Source of the DNA: Thermodesulfobacteriota bacterium
GTDB taxonomy: Bacteria; Desulfobacterota; Binatia; Bin18
Direction of reading: 5' to 3'
Assembly: GCA_964291405.2 (NCBI GenBank)
Contig: OZ219926.1
Location: forward strand, 4,384,001 to 4,448,000
DNA: 64,000 bases
Shown: positions 50,620 to 58,276 of the stretch, in pieces
Layout: the number at the start of each line of letters is the position of its first letter
How positions within the stretch are numbered: the stretch's first letter is position 1
Program-made: the position numbers and the translations under genes
The notes under the pieces: generated by a model
Seen by the model: the letters and a program-made list of their open reading frames with translations, nothing else
Database searches by the model: none
Told to the model about the DNA's origin: nothing

Positions 50620-50847
50620 ATGGCAACATTAACAATCCGAATTCCTGACGCGCACCGGGACCGGCTGGCGGCTATGGCTGCTCAGCGTGGCCTGAGCCTG
50701 AACAAGCTGATGGAAGAACTCTCCGTGCGGGCGCTGGCCGAACACGACACCGAAATGCGCTTTCGCATGCGCGCGGCGCGCGGCAAGACCGATCGGGGGC
50801 TGAAACTGCTCGACGAACTGGACCGCCGCTATGCCCAGGACTCGTGA
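50620..50847 (+). CDS. HicB-like/RHH antitoxin (orphan)
   Basis: Sequence MATLTIRIPD..RL..A..RGLSLNKLMEELS..D.E.RF..RAARG, with an AAGGAGG RBS. Confidence 0.82.
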   Translation: MATLTIRIPDAHRDRLAAMAAQRGLSLNKLMEELSVRALAEHDTEMRFRMRAARGKTDRGLKLLDELDRRYAQDS

Positions 50848-50973
50848 GGTCTGGCAGCCCGCTGAAACGTAGCGCCGCGCGCTACCTTGCAATACAGTGT
50901 CCTTCCCTGGTACTTCCCGCCAACTCAGGCTATGCTCCCTTCACTCAAAGAGCGATAAGGAAAGGAGACCTGC

Positions 50974-51522
50974 ATGAAGCTCGCTGCCCCCCGTTTGGAC
51001 CCTATTCAACCCGAAGACTGGAGCGATGAGATCAAGAAAATTCTACAGCCCAATGTCGAAAAGGGGACGGTTTTTAATATCTTCAAAACCCTGTCCCACC
51101 ATCCCGACCTGTTTCGCCGCTGGCTCGTATTCGGCAATCACGTATTGTTCAAATCCACCCTTCCGCCGCGCGAGAGAGAATTGATCATCCTGCGCATCGG
51201 CTGGCTGTGTGAGGCCGAGTATGAGTGGGCTCAGCATGTGCTGATTGGCAAAGAAGCCGGACTGACTGCCGAGGAGATTGACCGTATCAAAGCCGGCCCG
51301 AATGCGCGGGGTTGGAGCGAGGCGGATAAGCTGCTGCTGCAAGCCACGGATGAACTGCGGAAAGACGCGTTTATCACGGATGCGACCTGGAACGGCTTAT
51401 GCCAGCATTTTGACAAAAAACAGCTTATGGACGTGGTGTTTGCCGTGGGGCAGTACAATCTGGTGTCCATGGCGCTGAATACTTTGGGCGTGCAGTTGGA
51501 TGACGGTTTGGAGGGGTTTTGA
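50974..51522 (+). CDS. carboxymuconolactone decarboxylase/AhpD family protein
   Basis: Motifs NIFKTLSHHP and RERELIILRIG..YEWAQH. Confidence 0.9.
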   Translation: MKLAAPRLDPIQPEDWSDEIKKILQPNVEKGTVFNIFKTLSHHPDLFRRWLVFGNHVLFKSTLPPRERELIILRIGWLCEAEYEWAQHVLIGKEAGLTAEEIDRIKAGPNARGWSEADKLLLQATDELRKDAFITDATWNGLCQHFDKKQLMDVVFAVGQYNLVSMALNTLGVQLDDGLEGF

Positions 51523-51526
51523 GGGA

Positions 51527-51620
51527 AACCCACCTCGACCCTTCGACAAGCTCAGGGCCACCCCTCCGAGGAGGGGATTACAGAAGCTCTGTAGGTCGGA
51601 TTAGCGGAGCGTAATCCGAC
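51527..51620. repeat. cluster of REP-like palindromes
   Basis: AACCCACC..CCCCTCCGAGGAGGGGATT (inverted relative of 53041-53290) with an internal CTTCGACAAGCTCAGG, then GTAGGTCGGATTAGCGGAGCGTAATCCGAC. A degenerate copy of the latter lies at 53687-53711. Confidence 0.65.
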
Positions 51621-51688
51621 ACCTCCGTGGAATAGCAACACGCTCTTTTGCACCACCCGTAACGGAGGGGATTAAATACGGAGGAAGC

Positions 51689-52489
51689 ATGGGAGACAGA
51701 CTGAAGGATAAGGTGGCCATTGTGGTCGGGGCCGGGCAGACACCGGGCGAGACGATTGGCAACGGTCGGGCCACGGCGATTGTCTATGCCCGTGAGGGAG
51801 CCAGGGTGCTGCTGGTGGACCGCCGGCTGGAGTCCGCCCAGGACACGCAGGTCATGATTGAGCAAGAAGGCGGGACCGCGTCTGCTTTTGCCGCGGACGC
51901 GACCAGTGAGGCCGACTGCCAGAAAATGGCGGAAGTCTGTGTCGAACGCTATGGACGTATCGACATTCTGCACAATAACGTTGGCATTGGTGACGGCGAC
52001 TCGGGTATGACCAGTATGCAGGAAGAAAACTGGGACCGCATTCTCAGCGTGAACATGAAGAGCGTGATTATGCCGAGTAAATGCGTCATTCCCATTATGC
52101 GCGGCCAGCGCAGCGGGGCGATTATCAATATCTCCTCCATTGCCGCGGTCTGTGCGGTGGGCATTCTGGCCTATAAGACCTCAAAGGCCGGAGTGAACGC
52201 GATTACGCATCAGATGGCGCTGGGCAACGCCAAGCACGGCATTCGGGTAAATTGTATTATGCCCGGTCTGATGGACACGCCCATGGCCATTGAAGGCATT
52301 TCAAAGGCCCGAGGAATTTCCAAAGAGCAATTACGCCAGGAACGTGACGCCTCCGTGCCTTTGGGGGCGAAAATGGGTACAGGCTGGGATATTGCCAACG
52401 CCTCGCTCTTTCTGGCCTCGGACGAAGCAAAGTTTATCACTGGGGTGCTGCTGCCGGTTGACGGCGGCCAGAGCGCGCGTATTGGCTAA
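51689..52489 (+). CDS. short-chain dehydrogenase/reductase
   Basis: Motifs VVGAG..GNGRA, HNNVG and YKTSK. Confidence 0.93.
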   Translation: MGDRLKDKVAIVVGAGQTPGETIGNGRATAIVYAREGARVLLVDRRLESAQDTQVMIEQEGGTASAFAADATSEADCQKMAEVCVERYGRIDILHNNVGIGDGDSGMTSMQEENWDRILSVNMKSVIMPSKCVIPIMRGQRSGAIINISSIAAVCAVGILAYKTSKAGVNAITHQMALGNAKHGIRVNCIMPGLMDTPMAIEGISKARGISKEQLRQERDASVPLGAKMGTGWDIANASLFLASDEAKFITGVLLPVDGGQSARIG

Positions 52490-52531
52490 ACTGGTGCGTA
52501 AGACGCATCCGAGCAGAAAAGGAGGTTCGCC

Positions 52532-52975
52532 GTGTCAACACTGCTGCATATGTCGTTTCGGGTGAATGATCCGCAACGCTCTGCCGAACTGTATGCCGAC
52601 TTGCTTGACGGCAAGGTAGTCGGTTCGGGACCACAGTTGAACAGCATCGGCGTGCGCACGGTCGTGTTCGGCGACTGGCAGCCCGGCCGGCTGAATGACA
52701 TCATGGAATTCTGGCCGCTGGACAAACACTGGGCCAAGGGTGAGTTTACCGACCGCACGGTTGGGCAGGACCACCACTTCGGGCATATCGCGTTTACAAC
52801 CGAAAAATCCTTCGACCAACTGGCCGCCATCGCCGCCAAGCACAAGGTTGAAATCGTCGAAGAAGAACGCGGTCTGCCCCACCTCGTGCCCGTCATCTAC
52901 GACCACGAGGGCAACTTCGTGGAGTTCTTCTCGGAGAGTGATCGCCTGCCTACATCCCGTCGATCCGATGCCTGA
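52532..52975 (+). CDS. VOC/glyoxalase family protein
   Basis: Motifs LHMSFRV, HIAF and D.EGNFVE. GTG start follows AAAGGAGG. Confidence 0.8.
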   Translation: MSTLLHMSFRVNDPQRSAELYADLLDGKVVGSGPQLNSIGVRTVVFGDWQPGRLNDIMEFWPLDKHWAKGEFTDRTVGQDHHFGHIAFTTEKSFDQLAAIAAKHKVEIVEEERGLPHLVPVIYDHEGNFVEFFSESDRLPTSRRSDA

Positions 52976-53053
52976 CCTGGGCGGTTAAGATGGAACGCCC
53001 TGGGCACCGGGTCATTAAGGGCCATGAGCGTACCCCGCAAAATCCCCTCCTTG

Positions 53054-53258
53054 GGACGTGTGCTGCATATTGTGGTGTGAGCCTCCCAGGACCGGTCCGG
53101 CGGCCCCCGCCTCGGACCGCTCGCCCTCGCGCTGCCTGGGAGAGCGGCCATCTTGGCCGCTTGCGGGCTGGAAGCCCGCACTCCTGGCCCCCTGTCGCAG
53201 ACAGGCACGGCGCAGGGGAGCGGGGGCTGCCGGGTAACGTAATTTGCATCACACGTCC
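53054..53258. mobile_element. 205-bp MITE with 18-bp terminal inverted repeats, inserted in a REP-like palindrome
   Basis: GGACGTGTGCTGCATATT ... AATTTGCATCACACGTCC (2 mismatches). Confidence 0.75.
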
Positions 53259-53322
53259 TCGGGAGGGGTGGCCGAAGGCCGGGGTGGGTTCCTGAGAGGC
53301 CCCCTTTCAAACGAGTCAGCAA

Positions 53323-53679
53323 ATGAAGGCTACGGTGTTTACCTGCATATGGTTTTTGTTGCTGGTCCACGTAGTCAGCGGAGTGGAGGCTCCGCCTACA
53401 GACTTTCCCGAATTCGATCCGGAAAATCCCAAAGCAAGCGGCATAATTCTGTCGTTTCACCACTGGCCCGATGAAGAGGAAGCCGTAGCGCTTCTTCAAA
53501 AGACCACGACGGCAGGTCTGAATAAGACAGAGGAAATTGAGAGGTTCAAGGCTTGGGTCTTTGAGTGGCCGGAGTTGCGGGAAGGTATGAAGGCGCAGGA
53601 GGTGTGCGACAGTCTTCCGCAATTGTCCTCTCTGGCGTACTGCGAGCCGGACTATTTACTTGGCCCGGCCGGCTCATAA
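53323..53679 (+). CDS. small secreted protein, subtilase prodomain (I9)-like
   Basis: Signal peptide, then GIILSF..W.F....LAYCEPDYLL followed by a stop. Confidence 0.6.
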   Translation: MKATVFTCIWFLLLVHVVSGVEAPPTDFPEFDPENPKASGIILSFHHWPDEEEAVALLQKTTTAGLNKTEEIERFKAWVFEWPELREGMKAQEVCDSLPQLSSLAYCEPDYLLGPAGS

Positions 53680-53717
53680 AAAGCCCGTAGGTTAGGTTAG
53701 CGAAGCGTAACAAATGG

Positions 53718-54587
53718 TCACGATTCGACTGTCTCGATGACATAATTTACAAAAGCCGAACAACAGATCAACATGAACCGAGCGTCCGTCTTGGTGAGAT
53801 TGTCTTCCTCTAATAAAGCGTGTCTGATCCCGTCGGCATCACGAGTGTAACCATACAGCGAAGAAAATGTCTCCTTCAATGCTGGGTGTAATTCTCCTTT
53901 TTGTTCCAATCTCTTTAACAATTTTCCTAAAGTTGCCTTGTCATCCCCTGTGATCTTTTTCGCCAACGCCTCAATTGACGATATGGACTCCTTCATGGAG
54001 TTTCTGTAGTCAGGGTTTGACTTGTCAGAATACAAGTCCAGAGCGCTTCTTAGATGATCCTGCACGCCGCTGTAAGGAATCGATTTTGCTATTGCCGATT
54101 CAACTGATTCAATTTCTTCCTTCGAAGTTATTTCTACTATTTTCCCACTAACGAACCGGTAAGCGGAGTTCTCTCGCTGGAGGTGATAGTTGCAGTTCTT
54201 TATAAAGCCTTCTTCTACAGATGTCTCTTTTTCTTGGGTGGTATTCGCAATAAACTCTACAAAGTCATAAACTTCCCACCATGGTGCATCGAAGAAATAA
54301 TCTCGTATGTGTTTGCGACAGTTCCTCCAATGGTCATCTATCTCATCAATGGGGTCCCGAAAATAGTCTATCCATAGCGCCCTAATCAAATACCATAAAT
54401 TCGATCGACGCACGCCGTAAGGGCTCTTGCCGTAGGGTTAAGGCGCACCATATATGTCGAATTCACGATATAAATTCCAGTAGCTTTCCGTTAAGGCATT
54501 CCATAGCCCGTTCCGAAGATCGTCATCAATCGATTCAATCTGCGCCACCTTCGGTGACTTGATTCCCCTTCTTTCTGAAAATCTCAT
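53718..54587 (-). pseudogene. AbiJ N-terminal domain + HEPN-type Abi protein with an in-frame TAA
   Basis: MRFSERRG..LRNGLWN, WWEVYDFVE and LYGY..DADGIRHAL in one frame, with TAA at 54438-54440. AT-rich. Confidence 0.8.
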
Positions 54588-54828
54588 CACTTCAAGTCCA
54601 GCCCATCGGCGACCGTTGCGTCGAGGTCCCGCCAGTCTTCGCCGGCTCAGGCCATGGCGCGGTAGGTGTCTCTCCAGAAGAGCTTGTCTTTTTTCGGGCC
54701 GTGCAAAAGGATGCCGTCTCTCGTATCCTCCAGGACAAGCGAGTCGCTCCAGCCGTATTTCTGGATTAACACCTTCGGAGGACGGATACCCTCGGCCGTG
54801 CGTTGCGGCCGCTAGGTGTTTCGCTCAT
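54587..54828 (-). pseudogene. AbrB/MazE-family antitoxin pseudogene
   Basis: GIRPPKVLIQKYGWSDSLVLEDTRDGILL..WRDTYRAMA*AGEDWRDLDATVADGLD. Frameshift after the start, internal TGA, and TGATG overlap with the AbiJ gene. Confidence 0.72.
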
Positions 54829-54915
54829 TGTCACGGTTCTCCTTATCCAGTTTTAACCCCTCCAGGTGAAATTCAATCACCTCTTTCATATTTTTTCCAA
54901 CCACAATGAGGTATT

Positions 54916-55782
54916 TCATTTCTGTTGAAGACTGAATCGCTCTACCATTTCGGCTGTTCGAGTCCAGGGTTCACCGGGGAGTCGCTCAATCAGGCTTGTG
55001 AAGACAAGCATGAATGCCGCCTTGATCGTCGCGTCCGTCAACTCTGTGGCTTCTGTAACCGAGACTAAAGGACGGACATCATTCATAAAGCCGGACTTTC
55101 TCAATTTTGTAAACATTCTTTTCTCGGCCTGAGCGCGGCTGATCCTCAGCCCCGAATGGTTGAGATAAAGGCCAAAGCATTCAGTTACCCGCGAGACATT
55201 GAAGTCCCCAAAGACCGTTAAGGCGTGGGCGATGTCGAACAAGTCTCTCCCCCTGTCTCGCTGGAGCAGCGCACGCAATTTGGTAGCCAGCATCTCTTCT
55301 CTGGAAAACGTTGCGACATTCGCCGTTCCGGAAAACCATGGATTGTCCACACCAAAGGGAATTTCCACCGGTGTATCGTACGCTTCGACTTCTGTGGTGT
55401 TGATTTCGATCTTCAGCCTGATTTGTGCTGTTGGATCATCTTCGGCCGGCACCCTGAACCGGAGCTTGGGAGCGATGGGGCTCTGGTCGAAACTGGCATG
55501 TCCCAGCCACGGTTCGAGTACGGAACGAATACGGTCGAGGATTGGCCCGATCGGCCCTGCTGTAGTCCGAACGAAGTCAATATCCTCCGAATAGCGCAAC
55601 GGCGCTGGAAAATGCAGCTTGTTGAGTGCCGTACCGCCACGAAAACGTAACTCTCTGTGCAGAAATGACTCTCTAAACACCTCGACGATTGCACGGCTGA
55701 TGATCAGGTCCTGCTCGACTTGCCGCAGTTCAGCCCAAGGAACAGTCGCACCCCAAGCTACGATATTGAGAGACGGTATCAT
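54916..55782 (-). CDS. AbiEii/AbiGii nucleotidyltransferase toxin (type IV TA)
   Basis: Motifs QVEQDL, FRGGTAL, RYSEDIDF, KIEINT and KLRALLQR..GRDLFD. Confidence 0.93.
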   Translation of the reverse strand: MIPSLNIVAWGATVPWAELRQVEQDLIISRAIVEVFRESFLHRELRFRGGTALNKLHFPAPLRYSEDIDFVRTTAGPIGPILDRIRSVLEPWLGHASFDQSPIAPKLRFRVPAEDDPTAQIRLKIEINTTEVEAYDTPVEIPFGVDNPWFSGTANVATFSREEMLATKLRALLQRDRGRDLFDIAHALTVFGDFNVSRVTECFGLYLNHSGLRISRAQAEKRMFTKLRKSGFMNDVRPLVSVTEATELTDATIKAAFMLVFTSLIERLPGEPWTRTAEMVERFSLQQK

Positions 55783-56607
55783 TTATCGTTCGACCTCGGG
55801 GATTCGGCGGATGACAACGCGCCATTTTTCATCCCGCTCGACTGGGGCTAGTGTAAAATCCGGGTCGTTGGCCTCGGCTGGGTCAAGTTCAATCCAGCCT
55901 ATTCGCTGTGTAGTCAGTGCGGCGTACAGCGGACGAGTCCGGTCCATATGACCGAGCCATTCAAGTAGTCTTCCGAGCCGTTGCGTAGTTGGTCGTTTGA
56001 ATGCTTTCGACAATACGGCGAGCTTTTCGGCGTCAAGTCCGTCAGCCAAATCGGTCAAGACCGTCGCGATATTGTCGAGCCCGGCTGCAGCGTGTGGATA
56101 ACGCAGCAGGTCCAGAGCGGTTAACTCCGGCGACGAGACTTTCATATGGCCCGTGTCGGTCTTGTGGTCTTGTATGCCTTGGCTGACCTCGGTGATTTTC
56201 TTGCGGTAGTAGAAGACGATAGGGGACCGCCCGACTCGTATCTTTGGCAGACGCTTATCGGCTACGACCTGAAATTCCGTGACGGCCTGATGGGTTGCCC
56301 CGTGCAGTTCCGCCGCCTTGAGCAGGCCGGTATAGTAAAGACATCTCTCGAACCGCATCAGCTCGTCGATATACCAGGACGGCGGTGGCGCGCCCCAGGC
56401 ATGAAATTGCGGCGGCACAATCACGTAAAAGCCGCGACGGGGGCTGATCAGACGCTGCTGGCGCTGGAGCCGTTCCGCAGCGTCCAGAAAGGCTCCGTGG
56501 CCAATGCCGAGCGCTTCGGCTGCTTCGTCGCATGAGAAGACGAGGCGGCCAACTGCGAGCAGGCTCGTTGTCCATGCGGAAAGAGTTCTCCTGTGAGACA
56601 AAGCCAT
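55783..56607 (-). CDS. AbiEi family antitoxin (type IV TA)
   Basis: Motifs PRRGFYVIVPP, YYTGLLKAAELHGATHQ and SSPELTALDL. Directly abuts abiEii. Confidence 0.92.
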   Translation of the reverse strand: MALSHRRTLSAWTTSLLAVGRLVFSCDEAAEALGIGHGAFLDAAERLQRQQRLISPRRGFYVIVPPQFHAWGAPPPSWYIDELMRFERCLYYTGLLKAAELHGATHQAVTEFQVVADKRLPKIRVGRSPIVFYYRKKITEVSQGIQDHKTDTGHMKVSSPELTALDLLRYPHAAAGLDNIATVLTDLADGLDAEKLAVLSKAFKRPTTQRLGRLLEWLGHMDRTRPLYAALTTQRIGWIELDPAEANDPDFTLAPVERDEKWRVVIRRIPEVER

Positions 56608-56650
56608 GTTGAAAAATCCGCTTAATATGCGGATATTACAACATGGCTTT
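56600..56650. promoter_or_regulatory. 22-bp inverted repeat, probable AbiEi operator
   Basis: AAAGCCATGTTGAAAAATCCGC-7 nt-GCGGATATTACAACATGGCTTT (2 mismatches), overlapping the abiEi ATG. Confidence 0.75.
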
Positions 56651-56670
56651 TCAAAACGTGAACTTCATAT

Positions 56671-56746
56671 CGTCAGTCTCGCGGAAGTAGGAATCCCGCC
56701 AGAGGTAGTAGAGTGGGCTGGATACCGGGTCAAGCCCGGTATGGCG
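56671..56746. repeat. degenerate copy of the 45521-45595 palindromic repeat
   Basis: CGTCAGTCTCGCGGAAGTAGGAATCC..CTGGATACCGGGTCAAGCCCGGTATGGCG. Confidence 0.6.
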
Positions 56747-56784
56747 AGAGTCAGTGGAGTAGCGCTAAGGAATTGGCCTGTAGC

Positions 56785-58083
56785 TCACAAATTCCCCACT
56801 TCCAACTCCAGCATCTCCCCATACTTCTGAATCGCCTGCTCGCGTAGCGCCGGCAGATGGCCGGTGGGGAACAGGCCCTTGGTGCCTTCGTACTCGCGCA
56901 GAACCTGGCGGGCGACGGTGACCTTATGCACTTCGGTCGGGCCGTCGGCCAAGCCCATGACGAAGGATTCAGTGATCTGCTTGGAGAAGGGCATTTCGTT
57001 GGACACACCGAGCGAACCGTGCAGGTAGAGCGCGCGGCAGGCCACGTCGTGAAAGACTTTGGGCATCTGAGCTTTGACTGCGGCAATGTCTTTGCGCACC
57101 TTGCGGTAGTCCTTGTACTTGTCGATGCGCCAGGCGGTTTGCAGCACGAGCAGCCGGAACTGTTCGATCTCGATCCAGGAGTCGGCGATTTTCTCCTGGA
57201 CCATCTGTTTGTTGGCCAGGATTTCACCCTGGGTTTCGCGTGATAACACCCGCTCGCACATCAGATCGAACGATTTCTTGACCTGGCCGATGGTGCGCAT
57301 GGCGTGGTGAATCCGTCCGCCACCCAGGCGCGTCTGAGCGACCTCAAAGCCCTGGCCGGGTCCACCCAGAATATGATCTGCGGGAATCCGCACGTCTTCA
57401 TAGCTGATATAGGCGTGGTCGCCCTCGTCCTCGGACTCTTCGCCAATACCGACATTCCGAATGATGTTGATGCCCGGCGTGTCTGCCGGTACCACGAACA
57501 TGGACATGCTCTGATACGGCGCAGCGTCCGGGTCGGTCACGACCATGACGATCAGAAAGCTGGCCCAGCGAGCGTTTGAGGAAAACCACTTCTGGCCGTT
57601 GATGACCCACTGGTCCCCGTCCCGTTCAGCCCTGCATTTGAACATCTTGGGGTCGGCGCCGGCATGCGGCTCGGTCATGGAAAAGCACGACACGATCTCG
57701 TTGTTGAGCAACGGCTTGAGAAAGCGCTCTTTCAGTTCCGGCGTGCCGTAGTGCGCCAGTATTTCGCTGTTGCCCGTATCCGGGGCCTGGCAGCCGAAGA
57801 CGATGGACGCAAAGCGGGAGCGGCCTAGTATTTCATTCATGAGGGCGAGCTTGAGCTGGCCATAGCCGGGGCCGCCCAGTTCCGGTCCCAGATGACAGGC
57901 CCACAGGCCGCGCTGCCTGACCTGTTCTTGGAGTTTGGGTACGATTTTTCGGTTGCGCGGATTCTGAATATCGTATGGATTGCCTAAAATGTGGTCTAAG
58001 GGTTCGACCTCTTGACGGACAAATTCTGTAATCCAATCCAGTTCTTTTTGAAATTCCGGCTCGGTTTCAAAACCCCAGGACAT
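56785..58083 (-). CDS. acyl-CoA dehydrogenase
   Basis: Motifs CQAPDTGN, FSMTEP, INGQKWFSS, RLGGGRIHH and DGPTEVH. Confidence 0.95.
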   Translation of the reverse strand: MSWGFETEPEFQKELDWITEFVRQEVEPLDHILGNPYDIQNPRNRKIVPKLQEQVRQRGLWACHLGPELGGPGYGQLKLALMNEILGRSRFASIVFGCQAPDTGNSEILAHYGTPELKERFLKPLLNNEIVSCFSMTEPHAGADPKMFKCRAERDGDQWVINGQKWFSSNARWASFLIVMVVTDPDAAPYQSMSMFVVPADTPGINIIRNVGIGEESEDEGDHAYISYEDVRIPADHILGGPGQGFEVAQTRLGGGRIHHAMRTIGQVKKSFDLMCERVLSRETQGEILANKQMVQEKIADSWIEIEQFRLLVLQTAWRIDKYKDYRKVRKDIAAVKAQMPKVFHDVACRALYLHGSLGVSNEMPFSKQITESFVMGLADGPTEVHKVTVARQVLREYEGTKGLFPTGHLPALREQAIQKYGEMLELEVGNL

Positions 58084-58276
58084 ACGCTCCTCCTTATCGT
58101 GATCGTTTCGCTTGCGTGAGCGCCGCCAGAGTAGTCCCTTGCTTCTCGTCTGTCGATGTCCCCCAGCGCAGCATGGATAGGCAAGCGTCAGGAAAGCCTC
58201 GCCGATGGACTGCTAAGAAATGCCGCTCCGAAGCGTTAGTGACAGCAGGAGTGGGGCATCCTCTGCCGCCAATCGT

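Noticed and set aside
52897-53622. 241-aa minus-strand ORF and other short ORFs across 52975-53300
   Set aside because: They cross the GC-rich nested repeat element and show no transposase motifs.
54438-54440. Programmed recoding of the AbiJ internal stop
   Set aside because: The codon is TAA, which is not used for Sec or Pyl, and the neighbouring gene is also decayed. A nonsense mutation is the simpler explanation.
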